52,812 nucleotides of DNA from an uncultured Christensenella sp. (GCA_964439345.1 CAYTNS010000005.1:1-52812), one strand, 5' to 3'. Positions 28,888 to 39,954 are shown, counted from the stretch's first letter. A program made the numbers and translations. Notes: generated from the letters alone by a model not told the origin.

Positions 28888-30054
28888 TTACCTCTTTTTA
28901 GTTTTTACTGGACTAGCCTTTCTTAATTTTGCTACTTCATTAGCAAGAACTCTGACTGCATAGTCGATATCATCTCTAGTGATATCTATATCAAATGAAA
29001 ATCTTACCGTTCCCCTAACTTCTTCGTCACTTAATCCCATTGCTACTAGCACGTGGCTTTTTTCTAGTGAACCCGATGCACAAGCCGAACCGGTAGAACA
29101 AGCGATACCATTCATATCTAGCATAGTAATTAAACTCTCGCCCTCAACGCCCAAAAATGTTACCGATACAATGCTTAGTGCTTTTTGATAAGGATTACCA
29201 TTAATCTTGATATCTGGGATTTCATACTCAACCTTTTTAATAAAGTAATTGGAAATCTCAAACATCTTTTTCTCTTTTAATTCCAATTCTCTATCGTTAA
29301 GTTCACAAGCCTTTCCGAAACCAACAACGGCAGGAACATTGACCGTTCCTCCACGCTTATTCATTTCTTGCTCTCCACCCATCATAAATTTGTTAATCTT
29401 AACACCCTTTCTAACATATAGTGCTCCGGCACCCTTAGGTCCGTGAATTTTGTGAGAAGATATACTCATAAGGTCTACGCCTAAGGTATCTACATTCAAT
29501 TTGAATGCTGGTAATGCTTGTACAGCATCTACATGGAAATATGCGCCATAAAATCTAGCTATCTCACTGATTGCCTTGATATTTTGAATAGTACCTACTT
29601 CGTTATTAACACCTATAATAGAAACAATAGTAGTAGATGGATTAATCTCGTGCAATAAATCTGGAATAGAAACCATACCATTGCTATCTACTGGTAAATA
29701 TGTTACCTTAAATCCCTCTTTCTCTAATTGTTTACAGGTATCTAGTACACTATGGTGCTCTATCTGGCTAGTAATAATGTGCTTACCCTTTTTAATATTA
29801 GCATAAGCAACACCTCTAAGTGCCCAGTTATTAGCCTCTGTTCCACCAGATGTAAAAAATACCTCGGTAGGTTTAGCACCGATACATTTAGCTATAGTAT
29901 CTCTAGCCTCATCTACTCCGGCTACAGCCTCTCTACCAAAAGAATGTAAACTACTGCTATTTCCATAAATAGATGTGAAATATGGCATCATTTCTTGTAA
30001 AACTTCACCATTAACCATAGTTGTTGCAGCAGAATCCAAATATACTCTTTTCAT
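28888..30054 (-). CDS. iscS: Cysteine desulfurase (IscS/NifS)
   Basis: [28 protein letters not shown] (PLP lysine), STGSAC catalytic Cys; start moved to ATG 30054. Confidence 0.95.
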   Translation of the reverse strand: MKRVYLDSAATTMVNGEVLQEMMPYFTSIYGNSSSLHSFGREAVAGVDEARDTIAKCIGAKPTEVFFTSGGTEANNWALRGVAYANIKKGKHIITSQIEHHSVLDTCKQLEKEGFKVTYLPVDSNGMVSIPDLLHEINPSTTIVSIIGVNNEVGTIQNIKAISEIARFYGAYFHVDAVQALPAFKLNVDTLGVDLMSISSHKIHGPKGAGALYVRKGVKINKFMMGGEQEMNKRGGTVNVPAVVGFGKACELNDRELELKEKKMFEISNYFIKKVEYEIPDIKINGNPYQKALSIVSVTFLGVEGESLITMLDMNGIACSTGSACASGSLEKSHVLVAMGLSDEEVRGTVRFSFDIDITRDDIDYAVRVLANEVAKLRKASPVKTKKR

Positions 30055-30093
30055 GTCAATCTTCCCCATAATAAAAAATACTAGTAATATATT

Positions 30094-30128
30094 AAAACAA
30101 AAAAGCGACTATGTCAATAGTCACCTTT
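30094..30128 (-). terminator. trxA terminator overlapping the -35 box of a probable iscS promoter
   Basis: AAGGTGACTAT-TGAC-ATAGTCGCTT followed by a T-tract; also reads TTGACA-17 nt-TAATAT. Confidence 0.65.
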
Positions 30129-30154
30129 AAAATTTAGCGTCAAATATTAAATAT

Positions 30155-30457
30155 TTATTTAATAAGTTCTAATATTTTGCTCTCGCTTGTAACACCTACA
30201 AACATTCCAATTTCCTCTCCATCTTTGAATATCTTGACGGTTGGAACGGACATTATTTTGTATTTTTTTATAAGCTCTTCATTTTCGTCAACATCTACTT
30301 TGGCTAGTTTTACATCGTGTTCATTTGCTATTTTATCAAGCACTGGTGCCAACATTTTGCAAGGCATACACCAAGTTCCATAAAAATCCAAAATGACATA
30401 TCCTTTGCTATTCAAAACTTCCTTTTCGAAATTTTCACTTGTAATAGTAACTTCCAT
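30155..30457 (-). CDS. trxA: Thioredoxin
   Basis: DFYGTWCMPCKML, KVDVD, IMSVPT. Confidence 0.93.
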   Translation of the reverse strand: MEVTITSENFEKEVLNSKGYVILDFYGTWCMPCKMLAPVLDKIANEHDVKLAKVDVDENEELIKKYKIMSVPTVKIFKDGEEIGMFVGVTSESKILELIK

Positions 30458-30469
30458 ATCTTCTCTCCG

Positions 30470-31135
30470 TTATTTCGTTAGTTCGCCTAATACATAAGCA
30501 GATAGCACACACCCACACATTGCTGGATAATATGCAATACTACCTATAGTATCCCCATTTGGTGTAGCAATATTACTGGTAAAAACCACCTTATGACTAG
30601 TAACACCCAATTTCTTTAGATTGTTTCTGAGTACTTTAGCTAGACCATCATTGTATGTTTTGTATATATCTGTTACCTCAAATTTAGGGATATCCATTCT
30701 ATTACCTGCACCCATAGCACTGATGATAGGGATATTTCTATCAAAACAATACTTAATAAGTGCTATTTTGCTAGTAACCATATCGATAGCATCTATCACA
30801 TAATCGTAATTTTCTAGATGGAATGACTCGATATTTTCAGGTGTTAATTTTTCTTTAATTATTGTTACTTTTGCGTCCTTATTAATATCCGAAATCCTAT
30901 CCTTCATTACATCAACTTTGTACTTACCTATTGTGGAGTCTAATGCAATAATTTGCCTATTTTTATTAGAAATATCCACTTTGTCATAGTCTACAAGGGT
31001 GATAGAGCCTACTCCACTCCTAATAAGCATTTCAGCCGTATAACCACCCACACCACCTATGCCAAATACAATAATATTTGCACCAAATAGTTTATTGATT
31101 TTATCCCCTAATAAAATTTCTGTTCTTCTAAACAT
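30470..31135 (-). CDS. tcdA: tRNA threonylcarbamoyladenosine dehydratase (ThiF family)
   Basis: GIGGVGG, D.D.V..SN.NRQ, DAID, SAMGAG. Confidence 0.88.
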   Translation of the reverse strand: MFRRTEILLGDKINKLFGANIIVFGIGGVGGYTAEMLIRSGVGSITLVDYDKVDISNKNRQIIALDSTIGKYKVDVMKDRISDINKDAKVTIIKEKLTPENIESFHLENYDYVIDAIDMVTSKIALIKYCFDRNIPIISAMGAGNRMDIPKFEVTDIYKTYNDGLAKVLRNNLKKLGVTSHKVVFTSNIATPNGDTIGSIAYYPAMCGCVLSAYVLGELTK

Positions 31136-32381
31136 TTTTATTTAAAAACTCCAAAATTTCTTCGGCAGTCATCTTCACTTGATTGCCTGTTTCCATATCC
31201 TTAATAGATAGTTTGCCCTCGTTAATCTCATCATCTCCGATAGTTACCACATATCTAGCGCCAATCTTATCGGCATACTTAAATTGTGACTTAAAGCTCC
31301 TACCCATCATATCGCTCTCGGTAGCAAAACCTCCGTCTCTTAAAAGTTTTACAAACTTAAATACATAGTTTTTATTCTCTGTAAGTGACGCAACATAAAC
31401 ATCTACTTTTCTATCATCTACTAATTCAATACCCTTGCTTTCGATGTATAGAAGTAATCTTTCTAGTCCAATACCAAAGCCAATAGTAGGAGTTGGTTTG
31501 CCACCCAAACTGCTAACTAGATTATCATATCTACCACCTGCTCCAATTGCATTCTGACCCAAAGTCTTATCTTCATCAATAAATTCAAATACAAAATCGG
31601 TGTAATAATCTAGACCTCTAACAAGTTTAGGGTCTACAACATATTTAATACCAAATGAATCAAATGATTCCTTTAATGCTTTAAATCTAGCACCACATTC
31701 CTCACACAAACACTCGGTAATCTTAGGCGCATTGGCTAGGATTGCTTTACACTCGGTGCTCTTGCAATCTAACATTCTTAGGATATTAGTATTGTATCTC
31801 TTGTGGCAGTCGTCACACATCTCATCTAGTCTAGGAGTGGTATATTCTTTTAGCAATTCCTTGTACCTTGCTTTACACTCATCACAACCTAGGAAATTGA
31901 TATGAATAGTTGGCTCTATTCCTAGTGATTTATAGAAATCTAGTGCAATTAAGATAGTTTCAACATCACTTGCTAGACTATTTGCACCAAAAATCTCACA
32001 ACCGAATTGGTGGTGCTCTCTTAGTCTACCTGCCTGAGGTTTCTCATATCTATAGCAAGGAGTAAAATAAAATAATTTAAGTGGCAATACATCATTGCCT
32101 AGACCATTTTCTATAAATGACCTAACTACTCCAGCTGTGCCCTCTGGCTTAAGAGTGATACTTCTATCGCCCTTATCTAGGAAGGTATACATCTCTTTGT
32201 TGACGATGTCGCTACTCTCTCCATCGCTTCTTACAAATAATTCGGTACTCTCAAATCCCGGAGTAGAAATCTCTTTTAAATTGTATCTTTTGGATAGTTC
32301 ATTCGCTATATCTCTTAGTTTTTTCCACTTGTAACTATCCTTTGGTAACATATCTTTAGTACCCTTAGGTATATTAATCAT
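31128..32381 (-). CDS. hisS: Histidine--tRNA ligase
   Basis: KEMYTF, LKPEGTAG, RYEKPQAGRLREHHQ, LVRGLDYY, GGRYD, GFGIGLER. Confidence 0.98.
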   Translation of the reverse strand: MINIPKGTKDMLPKDSYKWKKLRDIANELSKRYNLKEISTPGFESTELFVRSDGESSDIVNKEMYTFLDKGDRSITLKPEGTAGVVRSFIENGLGNDVLPLKLFYFTPCYRYEKPQAGRLREHHQFGCEIFGANSLASDVETILIALDFYKSLGIEPTIHINFLGCDECKARYKELLKEYTTPRLDEMCDDCHKRYNTNILRMLDCKSTECKAILANAPKITECLCEECGARFKALKESFDSFGIKYVVDPKLVRGLDYYTDFVFEFIDEDKTLGQNAIGAGGRYDNLVSSLGGKPTPTIGFGIGLERLLLYIESKGIELVDDRKVDVYVASLTENKNYVFKFVKLLRDGGFATESDMMGRSFKSQFKYADKIGARYVVTIGDDEINEGKLSIKDMETGNQVKMTAEEILEFLNKNV

Positions 32382-32398
32382 AAAAAATTCTCCTCTAA

Positions 32399-34456
32399 TT
32401 ATATTATAAATTTTGAAGGCTTATCTATATAGATAACAGATAGTCTATGCAAGGCTCTGGTAGAAGCAATGTAAAGTAAATTTCTATCCACCTCTGTCTC
32501 GTAATTTTCGGAAGCATCATATATTATGACTCCATCAAATTCCAAGCCCTTGCTATTGTACACCGATATAATGCAAAGGTTATTATCATATCTATCCATA
32601 TCGTCATCAATTAGATTGATATTAAGTATCTTATCCGAAACCACACTATATAGCTTCTTTGCATCGGCATTTGACCTAGTGATAATAGCAATAGATTTGT
32701 ATCCATCTGCTAGATAACTATCTATTATTTCTCTTAATTTATCTACCGAACCAGCTCTACTAGTATTAACCTTATCTACCGGTTTACCTGCTCTATGAAC
32801 TAGCTCTATGCCCGTTTTTCCACCGACTAGACTTGCAAATTTAGCTATATCTTCCGTCTGTCTATATGATTTATTGATAGTAACGAAATTGATATCTTCG
32901 CCTAGTACATCAGCCATATTATCCTTAAAAGTCTTCACTTCGTCTGGATTGATAGTCTGATTATAATCGCCTAAAATTGTCTTAGGACAATCAAATAATT
33001 GGCTAATTATATATAATTGAATACAAGAGTAATCTTGCATTTCATCGATTACTAAGTGTTTGATATTTTCGTATTTTTCCACGCCAAATATAAATAACTT
33101 GAAAAATAAAATTCCATAGACATCTTCATTTTTTACTTTGTCGCCGACTAATTCTAACTTTAGTCCCTTACTCTTCAAGAAATTCATATAGGCTTTTATA
33201 CAATTTTTATCTTTAATCTGAGAATATAATTTAACAAATATCAATTCCTTTAATTTGCCTATCTTCTCAGGATTTTTAACTGTATAGAAGTATTTGTCAA
33301 AGATATTATCGGTTATCCATCTTAGCCTAGTGAATAGGTCTCTATCGCTATATCTATTAAAGAATAAATCCTTAACCTTATCCGTATCAATAACGATATC
33401 CCTAATAGTAAAATTCTCCAAATCAAAATTCTCGATATAATGCCGATAAGCATAATCCTGAATATCTTTTAAGAATCTATAACTAGTCTTATAATTGTAT
33501 TCATCTAGGTTATTTTGAGATATAAGCCTCTCTATTTGCTCATATTTTCTCTCTACTATGCAATTCTTCTTAAGCAATCTTCTGGCAATCATATCCAATT
33601 GCATTTTCTCTATATCTTCCTCAGCAAGGTCGGGAAGAACGGACGAAATATAACTAGATAATGCATTATTAGGAGATAAAAATACTATAGAAGAGGAAGT
33701 AAATCTATCCCTATTTTTATACATCAAATATGCAATTCTATGTAGTGCTATGGCTGTTTTTCCCGAACCAGCTACACCCTGAACTACTACCGACCTATTT
33801 TCATCACATCTAATAATTTCATTCTGTTCCTTTTGGATAGTCTGAACTATAGATTTCATTTGATTAGTCGTATTTCTAGCTAGTGCCTCTTGCAAAAGTG
33901 CATCTTCGATATTTATAGTAGTATCTATGTAATAATCCAAATTGCCTTTAGTGATACCAAATTGCCTTTTATTAAGTAAATTACACTTTAGTGCAGATGA
34001 CTTGGTTTGAATCTTGCAAGGACCTTTTTCGTAATCATAAAAGATACTAGCTATAGGAGACCTCCAGTCGATAACCTTATATTCGTGATTATCCACCAAG
34101 GAATGCAATCCTATATAATAATTTTCTATATGTCTAGTATCATCGGCATCTAAATCAATTTTAGCAAAATATGGCTTATCTAACATCTTATTATAAGCCT
34201 TCTTTTCCCTCTCAAGCGAGTCACTATCTTGCTCAAGGTCGTCTAATCTAGACTGCATATTGACTAGTTCTACTACATCTTCTTCGTTTATCTTATTAGC
34301 ATTCCTCTTTAGATACTCAAAATACTCCCCATTTGAGGCATCAAAAATGGAGTCCAACTTTTTGGAACTATCGGATAAATTATTAAGTTTTTTCTCCACT
34401 AATTCAAGGGTATCCTTCAAATTAGCTTTTTCTTCTATTAAAATCTTATCTTCCAT
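32399..34456 (-). CDS. helD: HelD-family RNA polymerase recycling ATPase (UvrD-like)
   Basis: PYFAKID, YIG, DWRSPI, IVQTIQKEQNEII, QGVAGSGKTAIALHRIAYL, DEMQD, KGLEFD, LYIASTRA. Confidence 0.9.
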   Translation of the reverse strand: MEDKILIEEKANLKDTLELVEKKLNNLSDSSKKLDSIFDASNGEYFEYLKRNANKINEEDVVELVNMQSRLDDLEQDSDSLEREKKAYNKMLDKPYFAKIDLDADDTRHIENYYIGLHSLVDNHEYKVIDWRSPIASIFYDYEKGPCKIQTKSSALKCNLLNKRQFGITKGNLDYYIDTTINIEDALLQEALARNTTNQMKSIVQTIQKEQNEIIRCDENRSVVVQGVAGSGKTAIALHRIAYLMYKNRDRFTSSSIVFLSPNNALSSYISSVLPDLAEEDIEKMQLDMIARRLLKKNCIVERKYEQIERLISQNNLDEYNYKTSYRFLKDIQDYAYRHYIENFDLENFTIRDIVIDTDKVKDLFFNRYSDRDLFTRLRWITDNIFDKYFYTVKNPEKIGKLKELIFVKLYSQIKDKNCIKAYMNFLKSKGLKLELVGDKVKNEDVYGILFFKLFIFGVEKYENIKHLVIDEMQDYSCIQLYIISQLFDCPKTILGDYNQTINPDEVKTFKDNMADVLGEDINFVTINKSYRQTEDIAKFASLVGGKTGIELVHRAGKPVDKVNTSRAGSVDKLREIIDSYLADGYKSIAIITRSNADAKKLYSVVSDKILNINLIDDDMDRYDNNLCIISVYNSKGLEFDGVIIYDASENYETEVDRNLLYIASTRALHRLSVIYIDKPSKFII

Positions 34457-34649
34457 ACGCTTTTACCAATAAAACTTATGTAATAGTTTAGCATATTAAA
34501 ATTTAATTTTCAATTATTTAAGCAATTTTATGATAATATTATATTTTATATCTAATTAAGACATTTCTCCTTTAACTTACTACTAACCACGATATAATCC
34601 TATTTATAGAACTATTTCATACTCCTCTAATAAACATAAAAAAGAATAC

Positions 34650-34685
34650 AAAAAAGGAATATACCACTAAAGTACATTCCTTTAA
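34650..34685 (-). terminator. Intrinsic terminator after hslU
   Basis: AAAGGAATGTAC...GTATATTCCTTTTTT. Confidence 0.6.
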
Positions 34686-34693
34686 TTAAGTTG

Positions 34694-36004
34694 CTATATG
34701 ATATATTTCTTTAAATCAAATTTCTTTGTAGTTTCTACAAATACCTTGTCTACATATTCCTTATCAATTTTAACATCAATCATTTGATGCTCACCATTTG
34801 CATTAAAGGAAATATCTTCTAGCAATTTTTCCATTACATTGTGAAGTCTTCTAGCACCTAGATTTTCGCTAGTAGAATTTTCTTTCTCGGCTAGGTCTGC
34901 TAGAGTTTTAAGTGCATCTTCGCTAAAGGATAAATTGATATTATCTACTCTTAGTAGTTCGGTGTATTGAAGGGTAAGAGCATTTTTAGGCTGAGTAAGA
35001 ATTTTAAAGAAATCGTCGGAATTTAGGTTATTTAATTCCACCTTGATTGGGAATCTACCTAAAAACTCTGGAATCAAATCCTCCATTCTACTGATATGGA
35101 ATGCTCCTGCTGCTATAAATAGCATATAATCGGTCTTTATAACGCCATATTTTGTATTGACAGTTGTTCCCTCTACTAGAGGCAAAATATCCCTCTGAAC
35201 CCCCTCTCTGCTAACATCTGGACCATTTTTTGCACTCCTACCAGCGATTTTATCTATCTCATCGATAAAGATTATTCCGTCTTGTTCTGCGCGTCTTATG
35301 GCCTCGGCATTTAATCCATCGGTATCTATCAATTTATCACTCTCTTCCGATAGCATTAGTTCATAAGCCTTGCCTACAGTCAATTTCTTTTTCTTCCTTT
35401 GGGACGGGAAAATACTGCCTAATACATTTCCTAAATCCATATCTGGACCCATTCCCGGCATTATACCTATCGGCTTAGCCTGTTCTTGTATAACTATCTC
35501 AATAGACTCATTATCTAGTCTACCTGCCCTTAATTCCTCTAGAATCTTCTCTCTTAATGGTTCGCCCTCAAGTTCGGTGTATCTTTCCATCATCTGAGGA
35601 TAAAGAGCCTCTACTATTTTTTTCTCTACAATAGGAGTAGCTTTATCTTTAACCTCTGCGATTTTTTCGTCTCTAACCATTCTAACAGAGTACTCTACTA
35701 GGTCTCTTATCATACTCTCACAGTCCCTGCCAACATAACCAACTTCGGTAAATTTGGTAGCCTCAACCTTGATAAATGGTGCTTTTACTAGTTTTGCTAG
35801 TCTCCTAGCAATCTCCGTTTTACCCACACCAGTAGGACCTTTCATAATGATATTCTTAGGAGTAATTTCGTCCCTTAATTCCTTGGAAAGTTTGCTTCTT
35901 CTATATCTATTTCTAAGTGCTATAGCTACAGCCTTTTTTGCCTCATCTTGTCCAATGATATATTTATCTAATTCTTTTACAATCTCTTTTGGTGATAAAT
36001 TCAT
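34694..36004 (-). CDS. hslU: ATP-dependent protease ATPase subunit HslU (ClpY)
   Basis: GPTGVGKTEIARR, FTEVGYVGRD, IDEIDK, GVQRD, NLGARRL. Confidence 0.98.
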   Translation of the reverse strand: MNLSPKEIVKELDKYIIGQDEAKKAVAIALRNRYRRSKLSKELRDEITPKNIIMKGPTGVGKTEIARRLAKLVKAPFIKVEATKFTEVGYVGRDCESMIRDLVEYSVRMVRDEKIAEVKDKATPIVEKKIVEALYPQMMERYTELEGEPLREKILEELRAGRLDNESIEIVIQEQAKPIGIMPGMGPDMDLGNVLGSIFPSQRKKKKLTVGKAYELMLSEESDKLIDTDGLNAEAIRRAEQDGIIFIDEIDKIAGRSAKNGPDVSREGVQRDILPLVEGTTVNTKYGVIKTDYMLFIAAGAFHISRMEDLIPEFLGRFPIKVELNNLNSDDFFKILTQPKNALTLQYTELLRVDNINLSFSEDALKTLADLAEKENSTSENLGARRLHNVMEKLLEDISFNANGEHQMIDVKIDKEYVDKVFVETTKKFDLKKYII

Positions 36005-36008
36005 AATA

Positions 36009-36542
36009 TTACAACTCCTCTATAGTGAAATGGTCATTTGTGTATACACACATATCACTAGCAATTTTCATACTCTTTTTGGCAATGTCTACAGCCTCAA
36101 GGTCGGTATTTTGGATAAGTGCTGTAGCAGATGCTAGAGCATACAAACTACCACTACCTATAGAGCAAACATCACCGTCTGGCTCGATAACTTCGCCCGA
36201 ACCAGATAAAATAAGCATAGTATCCTTATCGGCAACAATCATCTCTGCCTCTAATTTTCTAGTGTACTTATCATCTCTAAAGCCTAGTGCTACTTCAACT
36301 GCACTTCTAAGTAAATTTCCACTGAATTTTTGAAGCAATTCCTCAAATCTAGCCTCCAAAGCAAAAGCATCGGCAACCGTTCCGGCAAAGCCTATTACTA
36401 CTTTGTCATTGAATATTCTTCTAACCTTTTTAGAATTACTCTTTAATATTACCCTCTCGCCAAGAGTTGCTTGACCATCACCAATAATGACAGTTTTGCC
36501 ATTTCTCTTGACACCTAGTATTGTAGTTCCCTTTAATTCCAT
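36009..36542 (-). CDS. hslV: ATP-dependent protease subunit HslV (ClpQ)
   Basis: GTTILGV, GDGQATLG, GFAG, IGSGS, CVYTN. Confidence 0.97.
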   Translation of the reverse strand: MELKGTTILGVKRNGKTVIIGDGQATLGERVILKSNSKKVRRIFNDKVVIGFAGTVADAFALEARFEELLQKFSGNLLRSAVEVALGFRDDKYTRKLEAEMIVADKDTMLILSGSGEVIEPDGDVCSIGSGSLYALASATALIQNTDLEAVDIAKKSMKIASDMCVYTNDHFTIEEL

Positions 36543-37852
36543 TTATCAATAGTCTCCTTAATTTTTTCTATATTTTGTATTGATTTCTCAGCCAATTTTT
36601 TATTTTTCTCTTTTTTATCTTTTATTTTAAATTCGCCAAAATTGATAAGCCCCATATTGGCACTCATAGGTTCAAAATCCCCCACCTTATATGCTACATA
36701 TTTGCATAATGCACCAATAAGGGTGGATTTATCAAAAATAACTTCGTCTAAGTTATTTATGTAGGCGTACATATTTAATCCTGCCACCAGTCCACTAGAA
36801 ATGCTCTCTACATATCCCTCTACACCAGTTATCTGACCGGCAAAGAAAATATTAGGATATTTAATCATCTGATAAGTTTCTTTTAGGTTCGTTGGCGAAT
36901 AGATGTATGTATTTTTGTGACAAGTACCCAGCCTTAAAAATTCGGCATTTTCTAGCCCTGGGATTAATCTAAATATCCTCTTTTGCTCGGGATAAGTTAG
37001 ATTAGTCTGGAAGCCAACTATATTGTAATAATCGTTTGCAAATGTTTCTTTACGCAATTGCACTACAGCATAAGGGGTAACACCCGTTTTAGGGTCTTTA
37101 AGACCAACAGGCTTTAGTGGTCCAAACCTAATAGCATCTTCCCCTCTTTTGGCTAGAACCTCTATAGGCATACACCCCTCATAAACTCTATTTTTTTCAA
37201 AGTCTTTTAGATTAACAATTTCGCCACTAATTAGTTCATTATAAAATTTTAGATACTGCTCTTTTGTAAAAGGGCAATTGATATAACTAGGCTCACCATC
37301 GCATTTATCATATCTATCCTTTATATATGCAATATCAAAATTGATGCTATCGTATTCTACAATAGGAGCGATGGCATCAAAAAAGTAAAGTCCATCACTG
37401 CCAACCAATTTAAAAATCTCACTAGATAGCCCCTCGCTAGTTAGAGGTCCTGTTGCGATAATTGTAGGAATAGAGGTATCAATTTGTGTTATTTCTTCCC
37501 TAATAACCTCTACATTTGGAAAACTAGAGATAATCTCCGTTATCTTTTCACTAAATTTTTCCCTATCGACCGATAAACTAGCCCCTGCTGGTACTCTAGT
37601 CTCATCAGCCACTCTAATAATAAGCGAATCCAGCCTCCTTAGTTCTTCCTTTAAAAGTCCACCCGATGTCGCAATATCATCACTTTTGAGGGAATTGGAG
37701 CATACTAATTCGGCTAAATTTTTATTCTTATGTGCAGGAGAGAACTTCTGGGGCTTCATATCATATAGCCTTACGCTTACTCCACGCTTAGCTAATTGAT
37801 ATGTTGCCTCACAACCTGCCAGTCCTCCACCAATAATATTAACTACAGTCAT
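36533..37852 (-). CDS. trmFO: Methylenetetrahydrofolate-tRNA-(uracil-54) methyltransferase
   Basis: IGGGLAGCEA, ELVCSNS, EGCMPIE, FGPLKPVGL, AGQITGVEGY. Confidence 0.96.
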   Translation of the reverse strand: MTVVNIIGGGLAGCEATYQLAKRGVSVRLYDMKPQKFSPAHKNKNLAELVCSNSLKSDDIATSGGLLKEELRRLDSLIIRVADETRVPAGASLSVDREKFSEKITEIISSFPNVEVIREEITQIDTSIPTIIATGPLTSEGLSSEIFKLVGSDGLYFFDAIAPIVEYDSINFDIAYIKDRYDKCDGEPSYINCPFTKEQYLKFYNELISGEIVNLKDFEKNRVYEGCMPIEVLAKRGEDAIRFGPLKPVGLKDPKTGVTPYAVVQLRKETFANDYYNIVGFQTNLTYPEQKRIFRLIPGLENAEFLRLGTCHKNTYIYSPTNLKETYQMIKYPNIFFAGQITGVEGYVESISSGLVAGLNMYAYINNLDEVIFDKSTLIGALCKYVAYKVGDFEPMSANMGLINFGEFKIKDKKEKNKKLAEKSIQNIEKIKETIDKWN

Positions 37853-39934
37853 TTAATTCTCGCTATTTTTCTTTAGTATTTCGGTAAAATCGCAATCGGG
37901 ATTGCTACACTTATTTCTAGGTTTGCCATATAGTTCTTTTTGAGTTAGATAACTGCCACACTTAGGGCATTTAGCCTCGATAGGTATCTCCCAAGATATA
38001 AAGTCACACTTAGGATAATTATTACAGCCATAGAATGTTTTACCCGTTTTGGATTTTCTCTCTATTACATCTCCACCACACTTAGGACACTTAGCCACTA
38101 CATTTACTATGCTATGGATATTTTTGCATTGAGGGTAATTGCTACAAGCCAAAAATTCGCCATATTTACTAACCCTCTTGACCATCTCGTGACCACATTT
38201 TTCACACATAATGCCAGTCTTCTCAGGCTCAACATATTGACCCAAAAGCTTCTCTAGATAGTCATTGAATTTTTTCATAACAGCTAGATAATCTATCTCG
38301 TTATTTGCTATCTGGTCTAGTTTATTTTCCATATCGGCTGTAAACTTAACATTGAATAATCCCTCGTAGTTTTTAACTAAGAACTCAGTTAATTTCTCGC
38401 CTAATTCGGTTGGAACTAAGTATTTAGCCTCTTTGTCTACATACTTTCTAGATGTAAGCAATGTAATAGTTGGAGTATAAGTAGCCGGTCTACCTATGCC
38501 TTTTTCTTCCATTTCTTTTACAAGAGATGCCTCGGTATATCTCGATGGTGGCTTAGTGAATTTTTGCGTAGTCGCCATCTCTTTAAATATTAATTCATCA
38601 CCCTCATTTAATTCTGGTAATTTACCATTCTCTTCCTCAGCCTCTTCTTCCTCGGTATTTGCCTTAGATTTTTTATTAGACTGAGTAAGTATAGTGAAAC
38701 CATCAAATACAGGAGTCTTACCAGTACATTTAAAGATATAATCACTATTATCTATTTCAACTGAAACCGAATCATAAGTAGCATCAGTCATTTGACTGGC
38801 TAAGAACTTATTGTATATTAATTTGTATAATTTATAGTTTTCTGGGCTTAAATACTCTCTAACCATATCTGGAGTTCTCTCTAATGATATAGGTCTTATT
38901 GCCTCGTGGGCATCTTGAGCATTACCCTTAGTCTTATAGAAGTTAGGTGTCTTAGGAGCATATTTCTCACCATACACTCTAGTGATATATTCCTTAGCCA
39001 TAGCCTGTGCTTCGGGAGCAACTCTCACACTATCTGTTCTGATATATGTTATAAGTGCTACTTTACCCTCGTGACCTAGGTTTACACCCTCATATAATTC
39101 TTGAGCACAAGATGTAACTTTCCTTAGAGATAAGCCTAATTTATTAAGTGCATCTTGTTGCATTGTACTAGTAGTAAATGGTGCAGATGGGTGTACCTTA
39201 GATAAACTCTTCTTTACATTTTTAACTACATACTTGCCATTATTCACTTTAGATAGTATTTCATCTACTTCTTCCTTACTAGCAGGTACTATCTTTTTAT
39301 TCTTGTATTTAGCTAGACTAGCCTTAAATATGTCGCTATTTTCCTTAGCAAGGGAAGCTACCATAGTCCAATACTCTTGTGGAACGAAATTCCTAATCTC
39401 ATTTTCCCTATCTACTACTAGCCTTAGAGCAACACTCTGTACTCTACCTGCACTCAAATTAGGTCTAATCTGTTTACAAGCCTTAGGTGATACCCTATAG
39501 CCCACTAGTCTATCTATTATTCTTCTAGTCTGCTGAGCATTTACTAGATTTAGGTCTATTGCTCTAGGATTTTCTAGCCCCTTAGTAATAGCCGACTTTG
39601 TAATCTCATTGAATTGTATTCTAATAGGGTCATTTGGATTAAGACCTAATATATTACATAGATGCCAACTAATAGCCTCTCCCTCTCTATCCGGGTCGGT
39701 CGCAAGGTATATAGCATCGGCTTTAGCGCTTTTTTCTTTGAGCATCTTTACGATATCCTGTTTATCTGGCATTATCATATACTGCACTTCAAAGTTATTC
39801 TTTGTATTGACAGCTAGTGATTTCTGTGGCAAGTCTCTTACATGTCCTTTGGTTGCGACTACCTCATAATCATTACCCAAATATTTCTTTATAGTATCTT
39901 TCTTACCGACACCTTCTATAATAACTAATTTCAT
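37853..39934 (-). CDS. topA: DNA topoisomerase I
   Basis: LATDPDREGEAI, SAGRVQS, ITYIRTDS, QDAHEAIRP, GIGRPATY, C-terminal Zn ribbons. Confidence 0.97.
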   Translation of the reverse strand: MKLVIIEGVGKKDTIKKYLGNDYEVVATKGHVRDLPQKSLAVNTKNNFEVQYMIMPDKQDIVKMLKEKSAKADAIYLATDPDREGEAISWHLCNILGLNPNDPIRIQFNEITKSAITKGLENPRAIDLNLVNAQQTRRIIDRLVGYRVSPKACKQIRPNLSAGRVQSVALRLVVDRENEIRNFVPQEYWTMVASLAKENSDIFKASLAKYKNKKIVPASKEEVDEILSKVNNGKYVVKNVKKSLSKVHPSAPFTTSTMQQDALNKLGLSLRKVTSCAQELYEGVNLGHEGKVALITYIRTDSVRVAPEAQAMAKEYITRVYGEKYAPKTPNFYKTKGNAQDAHEAIRPISLERTPDMVREYLSPENYKLYKLIYNKFLASQMTDATYDSVSVEIDNSDYIFKCTGKTPVFDGFTILTQSNKKSKANTEEEEAEEENGKLPELNEGDELIFKEMATTQKFTKPPSRYTEASLVKEMEEKGIGRPATYTPTITLLTSRKYVDKEAKYLVPTELGEKLTEFLVKNYEGLFNVKFTADMENKLDQIANNEIDYLAVMKKFNDYLEKLLGQYVEPEKTGIMCEKCGHEMVKRVSKYGEFLACSNYPQCKNIHSIVNVVAKCPKCGGDVIERKSKTGKTFYGCNNYPKCDFISWEIPIEAKCPKCGSYLTQKELYGKPRNKCSNPDCDFTEILKKNSEN

Positions 39935-39954
39935 ATTTTCACCTTTTTATTTTT

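Noticed and set aside
34555-34630. Two RBS+ATG mini-ORFs (M-K-stop, M-S-stop) between hslU and helD
   Set aside because: They lie after the hslU terminator and upstream of the probable helD promoter, with very short RBS spacing; likely chance or remnants
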